A stretch of 64,000 nt of DNA from an uncultured archaeon (lineage in GTDB: Archaea; Thermoproteota; Nitrososphaeria; Nitrososphaerales; Gagatemarchaeaceae). The notes beneath the pieces are model-generated. The model saw nothing but the letters and a program-made list of their open reading frames with translations. It ran no database searches and was not told where the DNA came from. The translations under genes and the position numbers were made by a program. Shown here piece by piece: positions 21,411-32,235 of this stretch. The stretch lies in NCBI GenBank assembly GCA_963799775.1, contig CAWCYD010000003.1, forward strand, positions 512,001 through 576,000. Direction: 5' to 3'. Each line of letters begins with the position of its first letter. Position 1 is the stretch's first letter.

Positions 21411-22451
21411 ATGGGTTTTCACTCTCTTCCCGGGGATGGCGAGGAGTCCTTCCATTCAGGGAAGCTCTCAGACTCCTTTGGTAGGGTCGCAAGGAAGCTG
21501 AGGATCTCAGTGACGGACAGGTGCAACTTCCGGTGTGATTTCTGCATGCCTGAGAAGCCCGTCTGGCTCGAGCATTCCGAGGTGCTCACCTTCGAAGAGA
21601 TCACCCGCATAACGACCATACTGGCCTCGATGGGGGTCGACAGAGTCCGAGTGAGCGGAGGCGAGCCGCTCGTGAGAAAGGAGGTCGAGCGCCTAGTAGG
21701 GATGCTTTCTCAGATACCTGGGATCAGGAGCGTCGCGATGACGACAAACGGCTCGCTCTTGAAAGACAAGGCCGCTGCCCTGAAAGAAAACGGGCTGAAG
21801 GGGGTCACGATAAGCCTGCACAGCCTGAGGCCTGAGCTCTACGACCAGATCACGGGGACGAAGGACATGTTCTGGAAGGTCATGGATGGGATGGAGGAGG
21901 CGGAGAAGGTGGGGCTCATGCCCATCAAGATCAACTGCGTCGTCACGCGGGGATGCAACGAGGCGGAAATCCTGGACTTTGCGAAGATGGCACATGACGG
22001 CAACCGGACGGTGAGGTTCATAGAATACATGCCGTTCGATGGGACCAAGTTCTGGGACACTAGCTTGGTCGTCCCCGGGAGCGAGATAGTCGATACGATC
22101 TCTCGAACCTATCCTCTCGAGCCGATCCAGAGCGAGCACGGGTCTACCTCGAGCAACTACCTCTTCAAGGACGGGTCAAAGGGAGAGATAGGGACTATCA
22201 CTTCGATGACCAAGCCCTTCTGCGGCGATTGCGACCGCATCAGGCTCAAGGCGAACGGCAACCTCGTCCCTTGCCTCTTCAGCGTCGCCGAGTATGACCT
22301 GAAGCATCTGGTTAGGGGCGGAGCAAGCGACGAAGAGGTGGAGAACTCCATACGGAAGGCGTTTTGGCAGAAGTTCGAGGGCGTGGCGAGCCTCATGGAG
22401 AACAAGGTGGAGGTCAGGCACATCCGTCCGATGTACACCATAGGGGGCTGA
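21411..22451 (+). CDS. moaA: GTP 3',8-cyclase
   Basis: LRISVTDRCNFRCDFCMP, SGGEPL, RFIEYMP, FCGDCDRIRL..G.L.PCLF, MYTIGG. Confidence 0.96.
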   Translation: MGFHSLPGDGEESFHSGKLSDSFGRVARKLRISVTDRCNFRCDFCMPEKPVWLEHSEVLTFEEITRITTILASMGVDRVRVSGGEPLVRKEVERLVGMLSQIPGIRSVAMTTNGSLLKDKAAALKENGLKGVTISLHSLRPELYDQITGTKDMFWKVMDGMEEAEKVGLMPIKINCVVTRGCNEAEILDFAKMAHDGNRTVRFIEYMPFDGTKFWDTSLVVPGSEIVDTISRTYPLEPIQSEHGSTSSNYLFKDGSKGEIGTITSMTKPFCGDCDRIRLKANGNLVPCLFSVAEYDLKHLVRGGASDEEVENSIRKAFWQKFEGVASLMENKVEVRHIRPMYTIGG

Positions 22452-22460
22452 GCGTGGCGC

Positions 22461-22712
22461 GTGGGCATCCGGGTCAGAGTGCTCTATTTCGGAAGCGCCC
22501 GCGATGCCGCAGGGACGAGAGAGGAGGAGGTGACCCTGTCCAAGGGCGCCACCGTCGGGTCGCTCGTGAGCCAGTCGACCGAGTCGCACGCCGAACTGGA
22601 GAGGCTCTGCGAAGGAATGCGTTTCTCCGTCAACGAGGAGATCGCGAGCAGGGACCAGGGGCTCCACGAGGGCGATGTCGTCGCGTTCCTCCCACCGGTC
22701 GCCGGAGGATGA
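22461..22712 (+). CDS. moaD: MoaD/SAMP ubiquitin-like sulfur carrier
   Basis: VRVLYFGSAR..SVNEE..LHEGDVVAFLPPVAGG (C-terminal GG). Confidence 0.92.
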   Translation: MGIRVRVLYFGSARDAAGTREEEVTLSKGATVGSLVSQSTESHAELERLCEGMRFSVNEEIASRDQGLHEGDVVAFLPPVAGG

Positions 22713-23207
22713 GCCGGCACGCCTGACCTCCCGAGGCTGACGAGGGAGAGGATAGAGCCTTCGAGCATCCTCCGCGCCGTCGAAGAACCTGGAGCCGGGG
22801 CGGTCGTCCTGTTTCTGGGGACGGTGAGAGACAACGACGACGGAAAGGAGGTGGAGGGCATCGAATACGAGGCCTACGGTCCCATGGCAGAGAAGCGGCT
22901 GGAGGCGACAGAGCGGGAGGTGAAGCGTCGATGGCCAGCCACTAAAGGCGTGAGGATACTCCACAGGCTTGGAGGCCTCGAGGTCGGCGATGTGAGCGTG
23001 GCGGTCGCGGTCTCCTCGCCTCACAGGACCGAGGCGTTCGAGGCCTGCAGATACGTCATCGAGACGATCAAGCACGACGTGCCAATATGGAAGAAGGAGA
23101 AGATGGCCGACGGGTCCGCGGCCTGGGTTGAAGGGAACCCGTTGCGCCCGGGTCTTGGCGGAGCGAGGAAACGGAGCGCTGGAACGAAGCGCGCGAAATC
23201 TAAATAA
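22709..23207 (+). CDS. moaE: Molybdopterin synthase catalytic subunit (indel just after the ATG)
   Basis: GAVVLFLGTVRD, YEAY..MAEK, HRLG.L.VG, SPHRTEAFEAC, VPIWKKE. Confidence 0.92.
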
Positions 23208-23223
23208 CGGCTCGAGTTTTGAT

Positions 23224-23502
23224 GTGGACACCTTGGTCGTCTGTCCCACGTGCGGCAAGGATAACAGTCAGGCTGACGCGACCTATTGCATGTATTGCGG
23301 CTCTAGCCTTCGACAGGGGGGCCAATCGACGCCGTTCACACCAATGACAGCGCTGGGAACTCAGGGGATGGGGATGTCCACTTCTGGCGTGATGCCGACC
23401 GTCAACTCTGAGAGATATCAGAGAGCCCTGGCGAGAGTCGAGCAGATGGGCTATGCCGTACTGGGCCTTTCCATCCTTGTCCTGATACTTCTCTTCGTTT
23501 GA
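23224..23502 (+). CDS. Zinc-ribbon protein with C-terminal TM
   Basis: CPTCGKDN..ATYCMYCG; hydrophobic C-terminus. Confidence 0.7.
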   Translation: MDTLVVCPTCGKDNSQADATYCMYCGSSLRQGGQSTPFTPMTALGTQGMGMSTSGVMPTVNSERYQRALARVEQMGYAVLGLSILVLILLFV

Positions 23503-23506
23503 ACCA

Positions 23507-23644
23507 ATGGAGAGCAAGATGGCGATGATCGACGGGGAAGAAGCAGCGGTCAAGAGGCTGGAGCGGTTGAGGCTCGTCCTCATGGGCTCCGCGGTGGTCC
23601 TGGTCGTCCTCGTCATCCTCCTCGCGATCGCCGACTTCGGATGA
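23507..23644 (+). CDS. 45-aa single-TM protein (not in the ORF track)
   Basis: ATG 4 nt after the previous stop; MESKMAMIDGEEAAVKRLERLRLVLMGSAVVLVVLVILLAIADFG. Confidence 0.5.
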   Translation: MESKMAMIDGEEAAVKRLERLRLVLMGSAVVLVVLVILLAIADFG

Positions 23645-23701
23645 AGCCCTTGGTCTGACGAATCCCCGGGCCGCATAGAGATTTAGACTGGAGGGTCTCG
23701 A

Positions 23702-24982
23702 TTGGCGCGCGAGTTGAGAGACAAGCGCGAATACACCTACCTGGTGGAGGCGGTCGAGAGGCTCACCCAAGTGGTCGGGACGAGGTCGAAGCCTGAGAGA
23801 GTAGACGTCAGAGCTGCCTTTGGGAGAGTCCTCTCTGCGGACGTAAGGGCTCCCTACGACTCACCGCCAAGAGACGTCTCTCATTTCGACGGGTTCGCGG
23901 TCAGGTCAGAAGACACCGCAAATGCGACGGAGACGCTCCCAGCAAGACTGAGGCCCCGAAGGACACTGGTGATCGAAGACACGGCACGCGCGCTCTCAGG
24001 AAGGGCGAAGCCGCCAAGGTGGTGACGGGCGGCGCTTTGCCGAGTGGAGCCGATGCGGTCGTGGCGCTCGAGGACGTCTCTTCCGGCGACGGCGAGATCG
24101 AGGTGCCCTCGACAAGTAAGGGCCGGAGAGCATGTCTTCCCACAAGGCGCCGATGTGAGGCGGCGAGAAGTCGTCTTGCCAGCGGGCAGGACTTTGATGG
24201 CTCAAGACCTTGTGCTTCTGGCTTCTCTTCACATCGGGAAAGTTTCTGTCTGGAAACGACCGCGCGTCTCGATAATTCCAACAGGTTCGGAGCTCACCGA
24301 CAGGATAACGGATGCCAGCAGCGGCAAGATTGCCGAGTCGCACAGCCTGCTCCTCGAGCGACTGGTCGAGGAGGCGGGGGGAAGGACGGAGACGTTCCCT
24401 ATCGTGCCGGACGAGGAGAAAGCGCTCTCTTCAGCGCTGAGGAAAGCGGCCCGTGACACCGACATAGTCTTCACCTTGGCTGGATCTTCTGTCGGCGCCC
24501 CCGACCTCGTCGACCCGGTGATCCGCGGCTTCGGCAAGTCCACTTCCCTTCTCATCCATGGTCTGAAGGTGAACCGGGGGCGGGTCATGGGGCTTGCTGT
24601 AGTCTACGACACACCCGTCGTCATCATGCCTGGCCCGATTCAAGGCGCGTTGAACGCTTTCATCGTGCTCGGGTACCCCCTCATCCGTCATCACCTGGGC
24701 ATGGGCTGGGAGGAACCCCCATGGGTGCCCGCGACCATGGAAGAAGAGTGGCTGGCTTCTGGCAAGTTCAGGGACTTCGACCAGGTGGTGTACTTGACAT
24801 TGAGCAAAGACCCCCACCGGCCCGGTCGGCTGGCGGCGTCTGCGTCAGGCGCCGAGACGGAGAAAGTCAGCTTCTTGGTCTCGAAAAACTCCTACACGAT
24901 CGTCACAGGAAGCGACCCGCGCTTGTCAAAGGGCAGCGTGGTGAAGGCCCACATTCTTCCGGGCTTCTCAAGACTGGAGTAG
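23702..24982 (+). CDS. moeA: Molybdopterin molybdotransferase (frameshifted near 23970-24110)
   Basis: GRVLSADV, DSPP.DVSHFDGFAVRSED, TGGALPSGADAVV, IIPTGSEL, GSSVGAPD, IMPGP. Confidence 0.9.
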
Positions 24983-25597
24983 CCGTCGGGCCGAGGCGAG
25001 CTCCTCAGGCGTGTCGACGTCTGATACCGTCCTCGCTTCCCGAATCTTGACTAGCACGAGCTTCGTTACGTGTCGTTGGATCACCGATCTTGCTCCCTCG
25101 TCGCCGCCTAGCGCTTCCAGCTCTCGGAAATACCGCCGTGCGAAGACAACCGGCGGGGAGATGACCCCTCCTGAGGAGACTGCGACTATGCGGTCTGAAC
25201 GACCTTCTTTCTCAAAGGCCTTGAGCAGCCTCGTGAGAAGAGACCGGGTGATGAAGGGCTGGTCGACAAGCAGCAGCAAGGCTCCTGAAGAGTCGCTGGG
25301 GAGGGCGCGGACCCCTGCTCTGATGGAGGTCCCGACGCCCTTTCGATAGTCCTGGTTCACCACCATGCGGACGGGGTACCTGTCGCCCAATGTCTTCGCG
25401 ATCGCGTCCGCCTCGTGACCTATCACGACCACCACGTCTTGGACCCTGCGCGAGGGTATCGCCTTGAGAGTCCTCTCGACCATTGTCAAGCCTCCTATCT
25501 TCGCAATCTGCTTTGTCTTGCCAAAGCGGGAGGACGTGCCGGCGGCCAGCACGACGACTGAAGGCGCCCTGGACACGGTCCTATGCTCCCTCTTCAT
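24968..25597 (-). CDS. mocA: MocA/MobA-like nucleotidyltransferase (probable Moco cytidylyltransferase)
   Basis: VVLAAGTSSRFGKTKQ, NQDYRKGVGTSIRAG, VDQP, GDEGARSVI, DVDTPEE. Confidence 0.82.
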   Translation of the reverse strand: MKREHRTVSRAPSVVVLAAGTSSRFGKTKQIAKIGGLTMVERTLKAIPSRRVQDVVVVIGHEADAIAKTLGDRYPVRMVVNQDYRKGVGTSIRAGVRALPSDSSGALLLLVDQPFITRSLLTRLLKAFEKEGRSDRIVAVSSGGVISPPVVFARRYFRELEALGGDEGARSVIQRHVTKLVLVKIREARTVSDVDTPEELASARRLLQS

Positions 25598-25708
25598 TCG
25601 GAGACCGCTGGAATGGGAGGAATAGCCCTGGCAAGGTCGACTGGACATTCGCCCCCCTCTCCAGTGCGGCGGCATGGGCGCTTATATGGACAATTCAACC
25701 CATAATGC

Positions 25709-26886
25709 GTGAAGACCGTCAAAGGAGTCAAGTTCGCGTACCAGCCAACTCCGCAGACTCATCAACTTCTTACCGTCTTCAGAGATATGGTCAACGATGC
25801 TATTCGGGTCTGCCTAACAGACAAGATCAAAGGTAGGTTGAGGCTCAGGGACAGGATCTACAAGGAATTCCAAGAGAAGTACGGGGTCTTGTCCTGCTTT
25901 CCGTACTCCGTTGCGGAAATCGCATGGTCCATCGTGAAGAAGCACAGGCGCTGGCATGGAAGACCGTACGCGAAGCGATTGATGCTCAAGATGGATGCCG
26001 CGAGCTATTCGCTCAACTACTCGATACTTTCACTGCCTTTCAAGAGAGGCGAGGGGCGGACCCTCATCCCGTTGCGATACGGCGAATACCAGCGCTCGTT
26101 CCTGATGGACAAGAGTCTGAAGCGGGGCTCGGTCACGGTGACAGGGTCATCTATTGTAATCGCCTTCTCCAACGAGACGCCACAGGTAGAGCCTTCCCGG
26201 AAGGTCGGTTACGACCTCAACGAGAAGTCGGTCATCGGGAGTGACGGGCGACTTCGTATGATATCTCCGAGGTTGCCAGGTTGCACACGCTCTACGGGGT
26301 CAGGCGGTCCCGGTTCTATGAGAGACATCCCGATGACACGCGTCTCAAGAGGAAGTTCGCATCCTCTAGAAGAGAGAAAGAGAGGGTAAGTCAAGAGCTG
26401 CACAGGGTCTCGACGCTGATAGTCGAGAAGGCCAGGGCGAACAATCAGGCCATAGTGCTCGAGAGACTCAAAGGGATAAGGTATGCGCACAAGAAGGGGA
26501 ACGGAGAAGGAAAGGCCACGAGGCGCAGGATCGCTCTCTGGCCTTTCAGACAACTGCAATCATATATCGACTATAAGGCCCGATGGGCTGGAGTACCCAT
26601 CGAGTACGTCTCCGCGGCCTACACGTCAAAGACGTGCCACGTCTGCGGGAACATCAACAGGCAACTCAAGCTGACCGATAGGAGCTGGCTATGCCCTCAT
26701 TGTGGTGCCAAGCTCGAACGCGACCCGAACTCCTCGATCAACATCGAGCCTCGCGGCAAGATACGATGTCTGGGTGAGGCTCGCCCAGGAGCGCGAGGCA
26801 TTGATGAAGCGATGAAGGGGAACGAGACGACGACGGCTCCAATCCTCCGAGCAGAAGCCTCGAAGCTAGGTCTAGAAGTCCGGTAG
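25709..26886 (+). CDS. tnpB: RNA-guided endonuclease TnpB (IS200/IS605 family, no tnpA); frameshift near 26250
   Basis: RuvC-I GYDLNE, RuvC-II IVLERL, YTSKTCHVCG..CPHCG zinc finger, RuvC-III RDPNSSINI. Confidence 0.92.
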
Positions 26887-26899
26887 ACCTGACAGAGCC
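26759..26899 (+). ncRNA. omega-RNA scaffold overlapping the tnpB 3' end; right end at GACAGAGCC
   Basis: Stem CTGGGTG/CGCCCAG with a GGCT(C) loop complementary to terminal GAGCC; boundary defined by homology with the 10587-10697 copy. Confidence 0.7.
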
Positions 26900-26948
26900 G
26901 GAGGAATAATATATCTCTCAGTTAGGGGCAACAAAAAGCGAAATAGAA

Positions 26949-27146
26949 ATGCCACTCCAAGTGCGGTCGAAGGACAAGGCTGAAGAGCTCATCGACAAGG
27001 CGTCGGAGATCAGGGTAGTGAAGGGCAAGGGGGACAGCGTGAAGCTAAAGTTCAGGACTCCCGACGCGCTCTACACCTACGTCACGACGGCTGCTGAAGC
27101 AGCAGCCATGACAAAGGGCCTGAAGACCCCGATCATCGACTTCTAG
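26949..27146 (+). CDS. rpl38e: Ribosomal protein L38e-like
   Basis: 65 aa: MP..V...EIRVVK...VKLKFRT..LYTYV, paralleling eL38 (VKFKVR..YLYTLV). Confidence 0.7.
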   Translation: MPLQVRSKDKAEELIDKASEIRVVKGKGDSVKLKFRTPDALYTYVTTAAEAAAMTKGLKTPIIDF

Positions 27147-28048
27147 TGGATGTAGTAAGCGATCAGGACGAGCAGCCCCAGGAACATGGGGATTGGGAGC
27201 CCCGGCAGCAGCCTTACCTTTCCCAACAAGTAGAGAGTTATCACCACTCCCACATCGACGGCCACGATCGCGATGAAGGCGGAGTTCAGCGTGAACTGGT
27301 AGTAGGCGAGAGCCGGGATCATGGCATAGAACACGGTGTCCCCCGTCCCTATCGAGAAGTCTCCTATCTTGGAGGAGATGGCCGTCAGGTTCTCGGCGGG
27401 CAGCGTCGTGATGAGCTGCTTGAGGGGGCCTCGGAAGACGGTATAGATGTCGTAGAGCGAGAAGGCCAGCGGTAGGAGGAGGGCTGTCAGGATGGGGATG
27501 GTGGAAGCGAAATAGCTCCCGACCTCGGCAGAGAGTATCCCTGTCAGCACGAGTGCGAACCAGGAGGGTATCTTGCGAAGCGTGACCAAGACCAGAAGGA
27601 CGACGCTCGCTCCGGCGAAGCCCAACGACAGATAGAGAGACGAGTAGGCATCCAGGTAGTTCGATGTCACGTCTATCGAGGCTAGAAGGGTCAGCAAGAA
27701 GAGAGCGAGGCCTGAGCCCACCAAGATGATCCCCATGAACACCTTCGCGCGCTTCCTCCGCGCAAGCCATACCGCAGCGAGGGTGGAGGCAAAGACGAAG
27801 ACCAGCAGGATCAGGACGTTGGTGATAGAGCCCCCAGACGATGTCCCGGCGGGGGCGTAGGTGTAGCCGCTGGCTTGCACCGCCGGCGCGTTGACCCGGG
27901 TGATGAAGATGGCGAAGATCTGTATTATGACGACGAAGATTATCGTCTTTATGGCCGCGCTAGCGCTTAGACCGGTCTCTTCGGCTTCCGGGCTCACCGG
28001 GGTGCGGGGAACCTGACTATCTGGGGCGACTGGTCCACTATCAGACAA
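27143..28048 (-). CDS. Presenilin/signal-peptide-peptidase-like GxGD intramembrane aspartyl protease
   Basis: YD (SLYDIY), GTGD and PAL-like LPGLP motifs; multi-TM. Confidence 0.88.
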   Translation of the reverse strand: MSDSGPVAPDSQVPRTPVSPEAEETGLSASAAIKTIIFVVIIQIFAIFITRVNAPAVQASGYTYAPAGTSSGGSITNVLILLVFVFASTLAAVWLARRKRAKVFMGIILVGSGLALFLLTLLASIDVTSNYLDAYSSLYLSLGFAGASVVLLVLVTLRKIPSWFALVLTGILSAEVGSYFASTIPILTALLLPLAFSLYDIYTVFRGPLKQLITTLPAENLTAISSKIGDFSIGTGDTVFYAMIPALAYYQFTLNSAFIAIVAVDVGVVITLYLLGKVRLLPGLPIPMFLGLLVLIAYYIH

Positions 28049-28061
28049 CTTTCCTCACCTG

Positions 28062-29318
28062 TCAGACTTCGTAGACCTCTCCAACGTGTGGCGCTATGGC
28101 CTCCGCCCCGAGCTCGGCGGTCAAGTCCTGAGCAAGCTGGACGCAGCTTTCCTCCTCTCCGTGGACGGTCATGAACTTGGGAGAGCCCTTGATCGCCCTG
28201 AGGTCTCCGTGCAACTCCGCCTTGCCGCTGTGGGAAGAAAAGTCGAATCTCCTCACCTGCGCCTTGACTTTGACGGGCTTTCCTCCGATGAGGACCATCC
28301 CCCTGTCGATGAGCGTCCGGCCTGGCGTCCCGGGGACCTGGAAGCTTACGATGGCGATCCCGTTCTTCTCGCCCATGGCGAGCCTCTCGTTGTAGAAGAT
28401 CGAGGTGCCTCCGACGAGCATTCCTGCTGGAGCAATGACCGCGCCAGGGCTCTTGATGAAGTTCCTGCGCTGGTTCCATCCAGTTACGCGCTCGACGTGC
28501 TCGAGAGTCCGCCTGAATTCTTCCGGGTCACGCAGGAACTCCTGGTTCCTGATGAGCACCTCGTTCACCTTGAGAGCCATGCCGTCCATAGCCACCGGAT
28601 GTCGGAACCCGTGCTTGTGAAGCGTCATCGCGAGCTCTTGAGCCCTACCCACGGAGAACGCGGGCGCGAGCATCACTCCTCCGCTCTCTACGATCGAGTT
28701 GGCGAAGTCGACGAAGTCCCTCTCGACCTGGACTCTTGCCGGATGGTCGGCCGTCGCGTATGTGCTCTCGGTGATCACCATGTTCGCGTCGCCGAGCTCA
28801 CGAGAGGACGAGTTCAGGAGCTCGGTCGCTCCTCCGTTGATATCTCCCGTGTAGATCAAGCGCTTGTTGCCCGCTTCGACCGCGACCACGCAGGAGCCGG
28901 GTATGTGCCCCGCATCGTAGAAGGTCACTGTGAAGTCCTTGACCTGGAACGACTCCTTGTACTTGTGACCGACTGTCTGCTTGTTCATGGCCATCAGGTC
29001 GATGAACTCGTAGGGCAGGTAGGGGCCCGAGATCTTGATGAAATCCTCGATGAGCATGTTCGATAGCTCTGCAGTGACGGGGGTGCAGTGCATCTTCACG
29101 TTCCCGCCCAAGAAGAAGACGGGGGCCGCCCCCGTGTGGTCGAGATGGGCGTGGCTGAGGATGAGCGCGTCCACCGACTTGGGCTGGACGTGCATAGGGA
29201 ACCCGGGCTCACGCGTGGTAAGGGCACCATAGTCGAGCACTATGTTTGAGTCGCCGTGGGAGACGAGAAAGGCGGAACGTCCCACCTGGCGTGCGGCGCC
29301 TAGAACCTTTACTTGCAT
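28062..29318 (-). CDS. Beta-CASP metallo-beta-lactamase ribonuclease (aCPSF2-like)
   Basis: LGAARQVGRS, SHAHLDH, AGHIPGS, YTGD, ESTY, FSVGRAQE, FSSHS, VHGE. Confidence 0.9.
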   Translation of the reverse strand: MQVKVLGAARQVGRSAFLVSHGDSNIVLDYGALTTREPGFPMHVQPKSVDALILSHAHLDHTGAAPVFFLGGNVKMHCTPVTAELSNMLIEDFIKISGPYLPYEFIDLMAMNKQTVGHKYKESFQVKDFTVTFYDAGHIPGSCVVAVEAGNKRLIYTGDINGGATELLNSSSRELGDANMVITESTYATADHPARVQVERDFVDFANSIVESGGVMLAPAFSVGRAQELAMTLHKHGFRHPVAMDGMALKVNEVLIRNQEFLRDPEEFRRTLEHVERVTGWNQRRNFIKSPGAVIAPAGMLVGGTSIFYNERLAMGEKNGIAIVSFQVPGTPGRTLIDRGMVLIGGKPVKVKAQVRRFDFSSHSGKAELHGDLRAIKGSPKFMTVHGEEESCVQLAQDLTAELGAEAIAPHVGEVYEV

Positions 29319-29435
29319 GGGTGAAATCTGTCTAAACGGTCGGCCCGTTCGTCCCTCTTTAAGGGTTTGGAGCCAAATCGGGGGTTCCGTCCCGTTAGCG
29401 GGTGATTTCTCTCCCCGTTTCACTACGGGTGATAG

Positions 29436-29720
29436 CTAAGTAACCTGTGGCCCGCCGCAACCGAAATACAGGTTGCTCCCATTCGTCGTGACTTGGGGCG
29501 AGTATGAGTCGCCGAGAAAGAACCCGTTAGAGCTGTCTCCTGTTAGATAGCAGCTAAGCGAGATTGTAAAGTGTATCATGCCCTCTGGACACGTGCCTGC
29601 GAAGTAGCAAGGCAGTTGTATCGAACCCGGCTCTGAGCTTGGAATGAAAGGGAGAAAGAGAAAAAGCGCAAGTGCCAAAATGGCTACGGCCATGAGAGCT
29701 ACCTTCTGTCTCTGTCTCAA
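29436..29720 (-). CDS. Small secreted/membrane-anchored Cys-containing protein
   Basis: Basic N-terminus plus hydrophobic helix; four Cys. Confidence 0.45.
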   Translation of the reverse strand: MRQRQKVALMAVAILALALFLFLPFIPSSEPGSIQLPCYFAGTCPEGMIHFTISLSCYLTGDSSNGFFLGDSYSPQVTTNGSNLYFGCGGPQVT

Positions 29721-29967
29721 GCTGATTGATTTTGCTCAAGGGATTTCTTAAGCAGTTCCATCCACTTGTCCTTGCCCTCCACGCCAACGCCTGCCGCGTC
29801 TGCGGGAGTCTGGCCCTGCAAGGCCAAGTGCGGCTTTACGAAGTTATACTGAATCCTCTGGCCTTCCGCAATCTTAGAGCCCTTCACATCACCCGACCAT
29901 TGGACAGGCCACCCCGATTGAGATATCAAACTTTAAGGACTGGGTTGGAATGGCCGGGTAAATCGCG

Positions 29968-30722
29968 ATGTCCTCGGAGCCGGAATTGCCCTACTCTTCC
30001 ATCCGGATTCTACCGGACGTGATCGCCCGTGGCAGGCTGGAGGCCAGAGCACTGATCGCGGGGTTCCACGGCATCGGCGCAACGGGCTATTGGACGGTAA
30101 AGTTCCTCATCCAGGAGCTCAAGGCGAGAAGAATCTGCTACATCGACTCGGAGTTCGCCCCTGCCGTCTCATCCACGGTCAAGAACGAGATCTCTACCCC
30201 CTACGAGCTCTATGGGGCCGACGACCTGCTCTTCCTGAAGGCTGAGGCCCCCCGCTCCGGGAGAACGAGACCCGGTTCTTCCGGGAGCTCAGCATGTGGA
30301 TAATGGGCTCGGGGATAAAGGAGGTGACGCTGATCGGGGGCCTTGACGAGTCGCTCCGCGGGGACGACTCGAAGTACAGGCTCGTCCTGACGGACGCGAT
30401 GAAGAACGGCGAGCACGGTCGGGGCCTTGAGGCAGAGCCCATACTGGAAGAAGGAAGGATGATCGTCGGCCCAGTGGCCATCATGCTGAACGCCTTCCAG
30501 ATGCGTAGCTACCCTGCCGAGGCGATATTGTCCTACTCGAACACGGAGAGGATAGACCCCCGGGCTGCCGCCGCGGCAGTCGAGTTCATATCCCGCAGAT
30601 ACTCGTTGGTGGTAAACACAGAACCGCTCATCAAGGGTGCCGAGGAGCTTGAGCGGGAGTTAGTCGGCCTGGCCCAGAAGGACAAGGACAGGGGCGGTCC
30701 GTCCGGGGCTATCTACTCCTAG
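29968..30722 (+). CDS. PAC2-family proteasome assembly chaperone (frameshift near 30255)
   Basis: LIAGFHGIGATGY, IGGLD, IVGPVA.ML, DPRAAA, PL...AEELE. Confidence 0.85.
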
Positions 30723-32235
30723 AAGTCCGGGCTGGTCCTCCGATTTTCCTGCGCCTTGCACGCGGTCTCGATCGACCTTGACCTGCGACTATCACACGCT
30801 TGTAGCCTAGGGCCTTCAGCTTCTTCACGGCCGAGTCGACCGAGGCCTCGGGGAAGCTTCGGTCTGAGACGGTCTGGGCGAAGGGGAAGACGAACTCGAG
30901 CTCGGCCGGATAGGGGCCGAGGACCGGGTTCATGCGGAACAACTGGGCCTCACCCAAGTCCTTGATCCTGCGCGCCCTTGCTGAGGTCTTGGTGAGAGGA
31001 GGTGCAGCAAGGCTAGGGACGAGCACAGCGGTTGTGGGCGACCCTGGAGACCTCCTGCGCGACATGACCCTCTCAAGATGCGCCTTTGCCAGGGCGATCT
31101 CAGGCCTGCGCGCGTCGTCATCGCTTCTCACCATAAGGCCCCGGAGCTTCAAGAAACGCGTGGGTTTCGTGAGCCAGTCTGCGTGGTCGCGGACCAGCGC
31201 GCGGAATGCGACCGCGGCGCTTGTGTGGGCCATGGCGCGCTCCTCCACGAGGTCCCAAAGCCTTCCCTCCAAGATGGCCTCCTTGCACCTCAGGACATCC
31301 GCGCGGAGGATATGCAGGTTGTGAAGCGCGATCTTCCTGATGCGTTCCTCTCTGGGGCTTGACCTGAGGTCGCTCAGGGAGGTGCCGTTGCAGATCGGGC
31401 AGCTGCACGGCAGATAGGACATCCTGTCCAGCTGAAGGGTGCCCCTTTCGGTCATGTAGCGCTCCTTCTTCGCGTAGAGCATGTAGCTGGCGGAGTCGAA
31501 GGTGTCGCAGCCTAGGGCGATCGAGAGGGGAAGGGTGAGGGCGTGTCCCGCTCCGAACAGGTGCAATGGCATCGAATAGGGCATCGACCTCTTCGCGTTC
31601 ACGATCATCTCCACGAGTGGGCCGAAAAGGTACCCCTCCATGAGCTCAACAGGGCTTCCCAGGGCGAGCATCTGGAAACCCGACTCGACGAGACCCCGTG
31701 CAGACGACCTGACGAGGTCGCTGAATATGCCTCCCTGGATGGGTCCGACCCAGTTTGTGTTCGAGTCGCCGAACTTCTGGATCGTCGCTTTCGCCGCTCG
31801 GAGGCTCTCTTGCATCGTGCCCCGGGCATAGGCTTTCGAGTTCGAGTAGCCCGTGGGCCTGTCGAGAGTCACGGCGAGGTCCGAGCCAATTCCAGACTGA
31901 AACTCCGCGATCTCCTCGGGGGTGAACCCCGTGTCGCCGTACTCGAGCACCTGGTAGCCTCCGGAGTCCGTCATCATCACCCCGTCGAACCCGATCAGGC
32001 GGTGGAGGCCCTTGCTGAGGGCTTCAGAGCGCTGCCGCTTGTAGAGGATGTAAGAGTTCGTCATCAGGACCTTGAAGCCCATCGACTCGAACTGTGAGAC
32101 GGGGATGTCTCGCCAGACCGGGTGAATCACGGGAGTTAGGCATGGGGTCTCGAAGCTCTTTTTGCCCACGGTGACGACCCCGATTCGCCCCATGAGGTCG
32201 GTCTCCCGGACCTCAAAGGAAAACGGGGTAGGCAT
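30709..32235 (-). CDS. tgtA: tRNA-guanine(15) transglycosylase (archaeosine pathway)
   Basis: GRIG..FETP, MTDSGGYQ, GPIQGG, HLFGAGH, GCDTFDSASY, PCSCPIC, ALHNL. Confidence 0.94.
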   Translation of the reverse strand: MPTPFSFEVRETDLMGRIGVVTVGKKSFETPCLTPVIHPVWRDIPVSQFESMGFKVLMTNSYILYKRQRSEALSKGLHRLIGFDGVMMTDSGGYQVLEYGDTGFTPEEIAEFQSGIGSDLAVTLDRPTGYSNSKAYARGTMQESLRAAKATIQKFGDSNTNWVGPIQGGIFSDLVRSSARGLVESGFQMLALGSPVELMEGYLFGPLVEMIVNAKRSMPYSMPLHLFGAGHALTLPLSIALGCDTFDSASYMLYAKKERYMTERGTLQLDRMSYLPCSCPICNGTSLSDLRSSPREERIRKIALHNLHILRADVLRCKEAILEGRLWDLVEERAMAHTSAAVAFRALVRDHADWLTKPTRFLKLRGLMVRSDDDARRPEIALAKAHLERVMSRRRSPGSPTTAVLVPSLAAPPLTKTSARARRIKDLGEAQLFRMNPVLGPYPAELEFVFPFAQTVSDRSFPEASVDSAVKKLKALGYKRVIVAGQGRSRPRARRRKIGGPARTSRSR

